A stretch of 64,000 bases of DNA, taken from Leptospira sp. Lineage in GTDB: Bacteria > Spirochaetota > Leptospiria > Leptospirales > Leptospiraceae. Shown one piece after another: positions 51,938 to 61,367 of this stretch. A program made the position numbers and the translations under genes. The notes under the pieces were generated by a model. That model was given only the letters and a program-made list of their open reading frames with translations, did no database searches and was not told the origin of the DNA. The first letter of the stretch is position 1. Each line of letters begins with the position of its first letter. Location of the stretch: NCBI GenBank assembly GCA_034439575.1, contig JAWXAQ010000008.1:64001-128000 (forward strand). The letters are read 5' to 3'.

Positions 51938-52690
51938 CTAGATACTCATCTTCTTAAAAATAAAATTTGGAATATTTCGAATGATAAAACCTACAAATCT
52001 CCATATTCCTGGGACAAAGGCTTCATCTTTTCCTTTAGAAACGATTTGAATTATTTTTTCTGCAGCTTCATCGGCAGAAATTGCTTTTAACAAACCTTTT
52101 TCGGGAAGTTTTATTCCTTTGACCATGTCCGTTTTTACAAAGCCAGGTTTAATCGTAGTTACTTGTACATTAACTTCAGAAAGCCGATTCCTGATCGCCT
52201 CCAAATAGTTGTTAAGTGCCGCCTTGGACGCATTGTACACTGGATTCCCTTTCCTACCTCTTTCACCGGCTATGGAAGATATTCCTATAATTTTTCCTTT
52301 TTTATGTTCTGTAAAATAGTTTGCCGCTGGATTGAGATAAGCCATAGCACCTAAAGTATTTACATTCATCATGGAAAGATCTTTGTACGTATTGTACTCC
52401 TTTTTCCCAATAGTTGGCATGACACCTGCTGCATAATAAATCTCATCCAATCCTTGAAGTGTGGAGACTGCCTTTGCAAAGATTTTTTCGGCAGTTTTAA
52501 AATCAGACACATCAGCTACGATATAATGAGCACTTTTTTTCTTCTGTGAATTCCATGGAGAACATACCTTTTTTAATTCTTGCTCCCTTCTTGCAATTAG
52601 GAGCACTTCAGATCCCTTTCTTAGTTCTGCTTCAGCGATTGCCCTGCCAATTCCGCTAGAACCACCTACAATGATTATTTTTTTCACCAT
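51938..52690 (-). CDS. Short-chain dehydrogenase, DprE2-like
   Basis: [28 protein letters not shown]; 2 bp from the DprE1-like gene. Confidence 0.8.
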   Translation of the reverse strand: MVKKIIIVGGSSGIGRAIAEAELRKGSEVLLIARREQELKKVCSPWNSQKKKSAHYIVADVSDFKTAEKIFAKAVSTLQGLDEIYYAAGVMPTIGKKEYNTYKDLSMMNVNTLGAMAYLNPAANYFTEHKKGKIIGISSIAGERGRKGNPVYNASKAALNNYLEAIRNRLSEVNVQVTTIKPGFVKTDMVKGIKLPEKGLLKAISADEAAEKIIQIVSKGKDEAFVPGIWRFVGFIIRNIPNFIFKKMSI

Positions 52691-52742
52691 GCTTACTATT
52701 TTTTGGTTTTATGGAATCTGGCAAGTTCATTCAATAGGGGAA

Positions 52743-53243
52743 GTGTCCAATTCTACACGAATATTGATTGATGGGATGAATTTGATGTACAAATTCCCTG
52801 ATTTGGCCTTTATGTTGGTCGAATTTCGGATAGATGACGCACGTGCTGGGCTTTTAGCATACCTTTGGCAATTCTACCACGATAAAAAAGACATTCAAGT
52901 CCTCGTGTTTTTTGATGGAAGAAAGACAAATAACGAAGATTGTTATTCGGAGTCTTATGAAGGTATGTCCGTTCATTACAGTCACGAAAAAAAAGCGGAT
53001 GAATTGATCATCGGTTACCTAACCTTAGCACCAGTTCCTTCACAATGTTTGGTGATCACTTCAGATAAAGAAATTATAAACTTTGCGCGTCGTATCGGTG
53101 CCAAAAGGATTTCATCTGAAGATTTTCATAAAGACTGGGTCTCATTTGTCGAAGCAGAATCCGATACAGTAGAAAACCAAGTGAAGGAGGGTTTAGCTGA
53201 AATGCCTGAAAAAGATTATTGGGCAAAACAGTTTTTGACCTAA
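52743..53243 (+). CDS. NYN/PIN-domain protein (YacP-like RNase)
   Basis: ILIDGMNL, VFFDG, ADELI, ITSDKEI; probable GTG start at 52743. Confidence 0.8.
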   Translation: MSNSTRILIDGMNLMYKFPDLAFMLVEFRIDDARAGLLAYLWQFYHDKKDIQVLVFFDGRKTNNEDCYSESYEGMSVHYSHEKKADELIIGYLTLAPVPSQCLVITSDKEIINFARRIGAKRISSEDFHKDWVSFVEAESDTVENQVKEGLAEMPEKDYWAKQFLT

Positions 53244-53249
53244 ATAAAT

Positions 53250-54728
53250 ATGTTATTCAATTCTATTCCATTTTTAATTTTTTTTTCCATTGTATATTTG
53301 TTTTATTGGGCGATTCCAAAACAACATAGGAAAAATTTTCTTCTACTTGCTGGCATAACATTTTATGCATATTTTTCTTATATTTTAACGATCCATTTTT
53401 TATTAGTCATAGGGATAAATTATTTTCTTTACCACCAAATTCGAGCTAAACGAACAAAATTTTTGATCAATGCCACTGTCACTTTAAATTTAATCAATCT
53501 TGGTATTTTCAAATATTTTTATTTTTTCAATCGTGTCTTAGCTGATATCACTGGTTTTCCTTTTTTCCAATCCATACCTACCTTAGTGCATATCGTTCTT
53601 CCCCTAGCAGTTAGTTTTTATACCTTTCAGGTAATAGCCGCGGCAGTTGACACATACAGGGATCCCACAAAACCATTAGTAAACGTTCGAGATTATTTTC
53701 TCTTTGTTGCCTTTTTTCCGGTTTTGATCGCTGGTCCTATTATGCGTTTCGGTGATTTTTTGCCGAATTTGGAGAAGTTGGATCCAGACCGTGACAAAAT
53801 GTACCGCGCATCCTACTTGTTGATGTTAGGTTTAATAAAAAAGGTGTTAGTTGCCGATCCAATGTCGACTACCATCAGTCCGATTTTTGGCAATCCATCT
53901 GAATATGATAGTTTTTCTCTAATCATGGCTGGTATCTGTTATTCGATTCAAGTATATTGCGACTTTTCTGGCTTAACGGATATGGCAAGATCCATTGCTC
54001 TGTTTTTGGGTTTTGAAATTCCAGAAAATTTTACTGGTCCATTTTTTTCAACTTCAGGAAGAGAATTATGGAGAAGATGGCATATTACATTGTCTTTCTG
54101 GTTACGTGATTATATTTATTTCCCATTAGGTGGCTCAAGACTAGGGGAGCTTCGCACATATTTTAATTTGATCGTCATTATGACATTAGGTGGATTTTGG
54201 CATGGTGCAGATTATACTTTTATTTGTTGGGGATTTTATTGGGGAGTGATACTTGCCGGTGAAAGATTTTTAGAAGACGGACTTGGATGGAAACTGACTC
54301 CTACAAAAAGTTTACCTCTCATCATTCTGAAAGCCTTTATCGTTTTTTTCCTTTTTTCCATAAGTGGTCTCATGTTTAGATCAAATAACGCCAGTTCAAT
54401 GATAGATCTTTTCGCTGGGATATTTTCCCATTTTCCATATACATTGGAATCATATTTGATTGATAGTTCGAATTCATGGATGATTTCTGGGACTTCTCTT
54501 TTCGGCAAAACTTCTCTTTTTACATTTTCTCATATAGAAAATTTAGAACGAGTTTCTTATATGTTTGTTGCTTTGTTTCTCTTTCACCATTTTCAATATT
54601 TTCCTGATTACTGGCAAAAATTTAGAAAATATGACAATATACTTGCTCCCATCTGCGGTGTGTTAACTATCTTTTTGCTTGCTACCTTATCCCAAGATGG
54701 AGGCGATTTTATCTATTATAAGTTTTAG
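53250..54728 (+). CDS. MBOAT O-acyltransferase (AlgI/PatA/DltB-like)
   Basis: MLFNS, LPLAVSFYTFQ, DFSG, WRRWHITLSFWLRDYIY, GFWHGA. Confidence 0.92.
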   Translation: MLFNSIPFLIFFSIVYLFYWAIPKQHRKNFLLLAGITFYAYFSYILTIHFLLVIGINYFLYHQIRAKRTKFLINATVTLNLINLGIFKYFYFFNRVLADITGFPFFQSIPTLVHIVLPLAVSFYTFQVIAAAVDTYRDPTKPLVNVRDYFLFVAFFPVLIAGPIMRFGDFLPNLEKLDPDRDKMYRASYLLMLGLIKKVLVADPMSTTISPIFGNPSEYDSFSLIMAGICYSIQVYCDFSGLTDMARSIALFLGFEIPENFTGPFFSTSGRELWRRWHITLSFWLRDYIYFPLGGSRLGELRTYFNLIVIMTLGGFWHGADYTFICWGFYWGVILAGERFLEDGLGWKLTPTKSLPLIILKAFIVFFLFSISGLMFRSNNASSMIDLFAGIFSHFPYTLESYLIDSSNSWMISGTSLFGKTSLFTFSHIENLERVSYMFVALFLFHHFQYFPDYWQKFRKYDNILAPICGVLTIFLLATLSQDGGDFIYYKF

Positions 54729-54742
54729 ATAAAATAAATTTT

Positions 54743-55822
54743 ATGGATTTAATTAAAAATAAATTTTTGCTTTTGCCACTTCTTGTTATTTTTATCGCTT
54801 TTGTTTTAGATAAATTTTTACTCTTAGAAAATGTCCACACTTACTTTTCTAAATCTTTATCTGATATAAATTACATTCAAAAAAATCAATTGTATGATGA
54901 TTTAAAATCATATTTAAACACACCGAATCGAAAAAAGGTGCTGGTCTATTTTGGAAATTCAAGAGCTTTACTTTTTGATACAGAATATATTGAAAAAACA
55001 TACCCAGGTTGGACAATGTTTAATTTTTCCGTGCCTGGTGGCCGATCGGACTATACTTTGCAATGGATGGAAAAATTTAAACGCGATCAGGTGAAGCCTG
55101 ATTTCTTTTTGTTCGATCATTCTGTGGAATTATATAATTCTGCCGCAACACTAAATGTAGACGAAACATTAACAAACGGACTAGATGTACTTTTTGTTTT
55201 AAGACATTTTAACTTATTTTCCACGAATGAAATTTCTACACTCATTGCAAAGAGGATGTTTCGAAGTTATCAGTACAGACCCAAGTTAGAAGTGATTGTA
55301 AAACGAGCAATGAATAAGGATAAGTATTTATATTCTTACCGTGAACTTAGAAATAATTTATTTGATCGTTTGTCAAAGAACAGAGGTTCGGCGCTAACAC
55401 CAGGAACGCATCAAGCAATATTGCCTGATGAATTATTAAAAAAATCTTCCAGAGGTGATTTCCAATCTTATCTCGTACCTTTTCGATTTTCAGATAATAC
55501 ACTTACATTTTTAGATGAATCTATTAAAATATCTAAATCTCTGAATGTACCTTCATCTACAATTTGGGTCAGACTTTCACTGCCATATATGGAACATATC
55601 AGAAAGGAACAAGTTAGTGTAGAGGAAAACAAAACAAGCAGTGTTTACGATTATTGGTTACCGAAGATTTTGTCTTACCAAGAAAAAGTGAATGTACCTT
55701 TTTGGAATATGAATGATGATAAAAATTATAAGTGCAATGAGTTCAGTGACGCAGGTCATATGTCACCATCTTGTTACAAAGATTATACAGATTTTATTAT
55801 GGATAGAGTGATTAAAAATTAA
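54743..55822 (+). CDS. SGNH-like periplasmic protein (DUF1574/AlgJ/DltD-like)
   Basis: N-terminal TM, FGNSR, C-terminal DAGH (DxxH); follows the MBOAT gene. Confidence 0.75.
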   Translation: MDLIKNKFLLLPLLVIFIAFVLDKFLLLENVHTYFSKSLSDINYIQKNQLYDDLKSYLNTPNRKKVLVYFGNSRALLFDTEYIEKTYPGWTMFNFSVPGGRSDYTLQWMEKFKRDQVKPDFFLFDHSVELYNSAATLNVDETLTNGLDVLFVLRHFNLFSTNEISTLIAKRMFRSYQYRPKLEVIVKRAMNKDKYLYSYRELRNNLFDRLSKNRGSALTPGTHQAILPDELLKKSSRGDFQSYLVPFRFSDNTLTFLDESIKISKSLNVPSSTIWVRLSLPYMEHIRKEQVSVEENKTSSVYDYWLPKILSYQEKVNVPFWNMNDDKNYKCNEFSDAGHMSPSCYKDYTDFIMDRVIKN

Positions 55823-55828
55823 AAAAGC

Positions 55829-56431
55829 TTAATCTTTTGTTACGGGTGATTTAAAAAACTCCACACGATTTTGAATGTCGATGGGAGATAGTTTTTCTGG
55901 TTCCGTTGGATTTTGTTTTTGTGCAGGGTTTTGTTGGTTTGGTTTATTGGAATTGTCTTTATCCATAGAGTAACCATAATAAAAACCATACACTAACTCA
56001 ACGACAGCGATCTCACCACTTGAAGATAAATTTCTTATCTCGACGATCACATCTTCAGGCGGGGCTAACATTTCAAATACCCATTGATTTTCAGAAACGA
56101 TTTTTTCTTTACGTAGAATCTGATTGTTCTCGTCTGTGCCTTCACCGTTATAGACTGTTAGTTGCCATTCTTTTAAAGTCCCATCACCAGCAATGCCTAT
56201 TCCAAGTGACTGGGGAGCTTTTTCAGATGCTCGAACATCAAATCGAATGGCGCCACCTCTATTGATCGCACCATACAGGCGTTTTTTGGATAAATTTGGA
56301 TATAATGCGAGGTCTTGAAGTCTGGCTGTAATTTCTTTTACATTCGCATTTAATGCAGAGCCACCTTCGCTATACAAAGTGAAAGAAGTAATCAGACAAA
56401 GAATACTAGAAAAGCAAATTATTTTTTTCAT
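55829..56431 (-). CDS. Secreted hypothetical protein
   Basis: Signal peptide, beta-rich core, Q/N/P-rich tail. Confidence 0.65.
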   Translation of the reverse strand: MKKIICFSSILCLITSFTLYSEGGSALNANVKEITARLQDLALYPNLSKKRLYGAINRGGAIRFDVRASEKAPQSLGIGIAGDGTLKEWQLTVYNGEGTDENNQILRKEKIVSENQWVFEMLAPPEDVIVEIRNLSSSGEIAVVELVYGFYYGYSMDKDNSNKPNQQNPAQKQNPTEPEKLSPIDIQNRVEFFKSPVTKD

Positions 56432-56479
56432 ACTTAATGAGACTCTTAAAATTCTCTCATAAAAAGTAGAAATATCAAA

Positions 56480-57502
56480 TTATTCTACACAACTATTGAT
56501 TTTTTTTAGCGAATTTTCTAGAAATGAGATTTCTTCTGGATCCAAATTTCCTTTTTGTTTCGAATACCATTCGTTCATTCTTTCTTTGGCTGATCGAAAG
56601 ACTGGTTTGCATTTGTTTTCAAAATATCTATATCCATTCATTCTATCTTGTTGGTTTTCGCTAATTAACTTATAGAATCCATAAATATCTTTAGTATCTT
56701 TAGATTTAGCGTTTAATGTAACGTAAGTATTATAACATTCTGATAATGCAGGTTCTGGAACAGTGGAATTGGGACAGTTTTTCGGTTGGTTTGCCTTTAG
56801 GTAAGACATGAACTCTGGATAAGAATATGTATACAAAGGTCGGCCAGCGGGAACTTCGACTACTTTATCAATGGGTTTTTCATCTTGTTTTTCGATTTTT
56901 AAAAATTTGGAAATTGTTTGTGGTTTTTGGAAAGGGTTAATGATTGTTAAATCATACTCTCCTTCAGGGGCATTTGTGGTGTCTACTTTAACATCAATTC
57001 GCTTCTCGCTCATAAACTCTTTTTTTAGAAGCGGAAGTTTTTTTTCTTTTTGGCTGATTTCTACTTCCGTTACATCTAAAAAGTTTTGACCATCTATTTC
57101 CAGTTCGGAAATCTTTTTCCCTGTTTCAGGATCTGGGTCTAGTGGTTTCAATTTTACTGTTGGTTTATCTTTATAATAATCTACTCTGGGAATTTCTGAA
57201 ATTAGAACTTCCATCTCTTTCCAAGGTGACCATATAACAGGTTTTTTGAAGATATTTAAAGGTGCAGAACGTACTGAATAATCACCGATTCCTAAATCTT
57301 GAACAGGGAAATAGTTTTTTTCGATTTTTTTATCTATAATAATTTTACCAGATTTATCTTTGATTTGAATTTGGTATCCGGAAGCATCTTCAATTGGTTT
57401 CCAGGCAACAAACTTGTACAACTCAGAGGATATTAAGTTAGTCACGAGAAATATAAAAAAAGTTATGAGGAAAAAATGTGTTAGTTTATGATTTAACTTC
57501 AT
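56480..57502 (-). CDS. Secreted protein with Fn3-like and Ig-like segments
   Basis: Signal peptide; WKPIEDASGYQIQI..YSVRS..WSPW; IDGQNF..GEYDLTIINP; four Cys in the C-domain; ATGA overlap with the FecR gene. Confidence 0.65.
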   Translation of the reverse strand: MKLNHKLTHFFLITFFIFLVTNLISSELYKFVAWKPIEDASGYQIQIKDKSGKIIIDKKIEKNYFPVQDLGIGDYSVRSAPLNIFKKPVIWSPWKEMEVLISEIPRVDYYKDKPTVKLKPLDPDPETGKKISELEIDGQNFLDVTEVEISQKEKKLPLLKKEFMSEKRIDVKVDTTNAPEGEYDLTIINPFQKPQTISKFLKIEKQDEKPIDKVVEVPAGRPLYTYSYPEFMSYLKANQPKNCPNSTVPEPALSECYNTYVTLNAKSKDTKDIYGFYKLISENQQDRMNGYRYFENKCKPVFRSAKERMNEWYSKQKGNLDPEEISFLENSLKKINSCVE

Positions 57503-59406
57503 TTGTGTTTTCCTTCCTTGTATAATCTTTTTGGAGATATAAATTCTATATCTGCTGATTTAAGAGTTTTTAATTGATTGAGCGATATTATGAAATTTCC
57601 TTTTCTAGATTGACTGGATTCCCCATCGCGAATTTCAATCAGTTCCCACGAAAAAGTTCCTTCATCGAGAACAGTTAAATCTTTTAAAGATAAATTCATA
57701 GTTTTTGATTGAGCTCGGTAAACGGCAGTTCGGCGAGAGCCTTCTACTTGATATAAGACTAGTTCATATTTATCCGCACCGCTCCCACCTTTCCAAGTAA
57801 AGTCCAATGATTTTTTACCTTTCATTTCAATGACAGTGTTCAATGGAGATATTAATTCCAAGGCAACTGGTTTGGGTTTATCTTCCTTCTTCGGTTCTTC
57901 TTTTTCCGGTTCTTCGTCCGGAGTTTTCTTTTCGACAATGCTAAACTTTGTGACAGGTGATGTTTCACTTTCTTTTCCTTCTGCAGAAAAACCCCTGATG
58001 CGAGCATATAGAGTACCTTGTCCAAATTCTTTCCAATTCGGTGTAAAAAAATTGGATGTGCTTTCTTTAGAAGATAGTAGACTTCCAAACTTTGGATCTT
58101 TAGAAATTTCTACTTTGTATTTTGCCAATTCGGGATTTCCTTCCCAAATCATAATCGCTTGACCCTTGTTAATTTCTTCGAGTGTAATCTCTGTTCCACT
58201 GGATGGTCGTATTAAGTGTGGTGCAGGATAAGCATCTTGTTTTTTTACTGTAAAATGATTTGGACCTGCTTTTTTATTTGGTGAACCAGGAAAGGAAGAG
58301 TAGGCAGTCACACGCCAATGGTATGTGCCTTCTTTTAAATCATCGAATGATACTGTATTTGCTTCAGTTTCAACGGCTTTCAATTTGTTTGTGAATTGTG
58401 CTGAATTTGAAAGTTCAAAATGATAACCGCGTGCAGTGGAAATTTTTGGCCAACTAAAGTTGATTAAGGGAGGTTCGGAAACAAATCCAAATTCAGTGTT
58501 ATTTGACGGATTGTCTAAACGCAGTGGCTCATCGCGTGCTACGAAAAATTTACCTGTATCGCTAGATTCCCATTTGCCAGATTTCGGATCCTTTGCTTGC
58601 ACTCGCCAATAATAGGTTCCTTCCTTAAATGAGGATCTGTATTTAGATCCACTAACTTCTTGTTTCAAAAGTTGTAATTTGAATTGCGGGGATCTTGAAA
58701 CTTCAATTTGAGATTCGTTAAATCCTGGGTCTAGGTCCCATTCAAATGGAACATTTGCTTCATTGCCCTCAATTAAAAATAATTTTTGTGATATCGGTCC
58801 TTTTAATTTTACAGGAATTTTTTTGACTGTGACTTCAGAACCTTCGACAAGTGATGCTTTTTTTCCACTTTCTACATCAACCTGTTTACCGTTATGTGTA
58901 ATTTTGGAACTACCATTTTCTACGAATAAACTTAGATCCTTTTTTGCATCTTTCTCAATCTTTAGATCTCCAGATCCAACATCAATTTCACTTCCATGTG
59001 ATTTGATCACTAAATTTGAATCTTTAGAGGATCCATTTTTCACTTGCATGGAACCTTGAGAAAATTCTAAACTTGGTTTTTCTCCAGAAAGGTCCAAGTT
59101 AAACATGGAATTTTCATCGATGTTAATCTCAGTACCATCTTTAAGACGAATGATGGCATCGGAAAACGCTTCCGAACGAATTGTATCTTTGTTAGTCAAA
59201 GGACTATTGTTTTCTAAGGTTTCCCAAACAACTTGATCCTCTAGTTTTCTTTGCACTATATTGTTTTTAAAGTGAATGGTACCAATGACTTCTCTATCAC
59301 CGATATCAATCTTACGATTGATATCTATATAAAATAACGAAGTGAATGTGATGATGATTAAAATTAATAAGAGTAATACTCTGTAATCGCGTTTGTCTAA
59401 TTTCAT
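57499..59406 (-). CDS. FecR-domain membrane protein with repeated Fn3-like domains
   Basis: N-terminal TM; DTIRS..AIIRLKDGTEINIDENS; repeats EGTYYWRV, EGTYHWRV, QGTLYARI, EGTFSWEL. Confidence 0.8.
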   Translation of the reverse strand: MKLDKRDYRVLLLLILIIITFTSLFYIDINRKIDIGDREVIGTIHFKNNIVQRKLEDQVVWETLENNSPLTNKDTIRSEAFSDAIIRLKDGTEINIDENSMFNLDLSGEKPSLEFSQGSMQVKNGSSKDSNLVIKSHGSEIDVGSGDLKIEKDAKKDLSLFVENGSSKITHNGKQVDVESGKKASLVEGSEVTVKKIPVKLKGPISQKLFLIEGNEANVPFEWDLDPGFNESQIEVSRSPQFKLQLLKQEVSGSKYRSSFKEGTYYWRVQAKDPKSGKWESSDTGKFFVARDEPLRLDNPSNNTEFGFVSEPPLINFSWPKISTARGYHFELSNSAQFTNKLKAVETEANTVSFDDLKEGTYHWRVTAYSSFPGSPNKKAGPNHFTVKKQDAYPAPHLIRPSSGTEITLEEINKGQAIMIWEGNPELAKYKVEISKDPKFGSLLSSKESTSNFFTPNWKEFGQGTLYARIRGFSAEGKESETSPVTKFSIVEKKTPDEEPEKEEPKKEDKPKPVALELISPLNTVIEMKGKKSLDFTWKGGSGADKYELVLYQVEGSRRTAVYRAQSKTMNLSLKDLTVLDEGTFSWELIEIRDGESSQSRKGNFIISLNQLKTLKSADIEFISPKRLYKEGKHK

Positions 59407-59416
59407 AAATAATATA

Positions 59417-61264
59417 TTATTTCTTTTTCTCTGGAGTTGGAATACCCACTAACTTTCGTAATTCTATGAGGGTTTTCGGGCACTTAGGATCATTTTTTCT
59501 ACCGAGAACCGCATAGATTTTTTGAGCCTTTAGTTTCCCTTTTACTTTAATTTCACCCATGCTTACTACATTGAACATATGTTTTACTTCATCATAAGTA
59601 TTTTCTGAAATTAAAATATCTGTGCCAGATTCTTTGTTCAGGGATTCGACCCGAGAGGCAAGGTTTACCGTATCCCCTATGACAGTATATTCCATTTTGT
59701 CAGAAGATCCAATTTGACCAGCAATCACATACCCAGAGTTAATACCGCAACCAATCCGAATGATCGGCTTTTTAACACTTCCTCTTCCTTTATTAAATAT
59801 AAGTAATCTTTCGCGCATGCGGACTGAGGCTTCTACTGCGTCCACAGAGTCATTTCCTGAAGAACGAATGGCACCCCAAGTCGCCATGATGGCATCTCCA
59901 ATAAACTTATCTACGATACCACCAGTCTCTTTAACGCATGTTACCATCTCGCTCATATACTGATTGAGAAATTCGACAACATCTTCTGGTTCTAATTTTT
60001 CTGAAATAGCCGTAAAACTTCGTATATCTGAAAAGAATACGGCGACATTTTTTCTTTCGCCACCAATCGCCAATTGTCCTTTGGCGGCTAATTCGGCAAT
60101 GTCAGTATTCACAAATTTACCGAAGGAATCTTTTAATTTTTCGCGTTCTTCAAGTCCTCGACCCATAGATACGAAAGATCTTGTCAAAACGCCAATTTCG
60201 TCTCGAGTTGTAGCGGCTAAATTCAATCGAAATTGCCCAGCTTGGATCATTCTTGCGGCTTCAACTAATGCGAGTATAGGTGTTGAAAGTGATTTTGCAA
60301 AAATATATACAACGATAAAGGCTAAAGCTAAAAAGATTACTAGCAAATACATATTTCTTTTCTGGATGTCATTGACCGCTTGGAAAACTTTCTCTTCTTC
60401 GACCTGAGATATAACACCAACACCGCCTATCCCTAGTTTTTTGAAAGAACCTAAGTAATAAACTCCTTCTTTGTTTTCATAACGGAACTGTCCATTGTCA
60501 ACGAGTGACTTTTTCATTTTTTCGACGATAGGTAGGTCGTTTAATTTTGATCCTGATAATACGATTTTAGCATCAGGATGCGCGAGGACACTTCCGTCTT
60601 CACCTATGAGAAATGTTTCCGTTGTTCCTGAAGTTTGGAATGCACTTAGAAGCCTATCTAACTTGACTAAGGTGACAAGAATTGTTTGGGTATCTTTTGA
60701 TTCAGAAAGAGGAAACGCTAAACATAGCATAGGGTGACGAAAATAAGGGCTCGCATTCCAAATTACCGTAGAACCAGAATAAGCTTTCTTAACTTTTTCT
60801 TTGATTGTTCCCATTAAGTTATGGATTTCAGATTTTTGGTAATCGAAATTTTGTAAAAAGTCTTCATTCAAAACTTCGAATTTAGGAGTCATGCCAGGTC
60901 CATAGGCTCCGATCAAAATAAAACTTTGATCTACATCAAATAGCTCTTTGGCGATGACTTTTGAAACACCAGGATTTCTGATGATGCCTGCAGATGTTAT
61001 GTGAACATCTTGGCGAATGGATTGTAAGTCTGATTTTACCTTTAAGGCGAGAATATCGTTGATCTTGATATTATTTTCTTTCACAACCCCTTCACTATCC
61101 TTTCTGAAAAAGTAAGAGGCGAGAAAGATAACTCCAGATACCGAGACGAGCAAAACAAAGGAAATGATAAGTAAAAGTTTGAAGCGAATCGGAAAGCTGG
61201 AATCTAGAGATTTGTTATCATCTTTCGAGAAGAGGTTAGTTATAAATTTAAATCGGGAACTCAT
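59417..61264 (-). CDS. Class III adenylate cyclase with periplasmic Cache-like and HAMP domains
   Basis: Two TM helices; FSDIRSFT, DKFIGDAIM, EYTVIGDTVNLASR. Confidence 0.92.
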   Translation of the reverse strand: MSSRFKFITNLFSKDDNKSLDSSFPIRFKLLLIISFVLLVSVSGVIFLASYFFRKDSEGVVKENNIKINDILALKVKSDLQSIRQDVHITSAGIIRNPGVSKVIAKELFDVDQSFILIGAYGPGMTPKFEVLNEDFLQNFDYQKSEIHNLMGTIKEKVKKAYSGSTVIWNASPYFRHPMLCLAFPLSESKDTQTILVTLVKLDRLLSAFQTSGTTETFLIGEDGSVLAHPDAKIVLSGSKLNDLPIVEKMKKSLVDNGQFRYENKEGVYYLGSFKKLGIGGVGVISQVEEEKVFQAVNDIQKRNMYLLVIFLALAFIVVYIFAKSLSTPILALVEAARMIQAGQFRLNLAATTRDEIGVLTRSFVSMGRGLEEREKLKDSFGKFVNTDIAELAAKGQLAIGGERKNVAVFFSDIRSFTAISEKLEPEDVVEFLNQYMSEMVTCVKETGGIVDKFIGDAIMATWGAIRSSGNDSVDAVEASVRMRERLLIFNKGRGSVKKPIIRIGCGINSGYVIAGQIGSSDKMEYTVIGDTVNLASRVESLNKESGTDILISENTYDEVKHMFNVVSMGEIKVKGKLKAQKIYAVLGRKNDPKCPKTLIELRKLVGIPTPEKKK

Positions 61265-61367
61265 ATAATTATTATCTATTACAATTATTTTCGAATACTA
61301 CTAGGTTTAAAAAGATAAAAATTAACTGAAAGTAAATTTATTAGCTTTTAAGGGCAATTCCTCCCTC

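Noticed and set aside
59760..60737. Chain of antisense ORFs opposite the adenylate cyclase
   Set aside because: Shadow ORFs of the coding strand with no motifs
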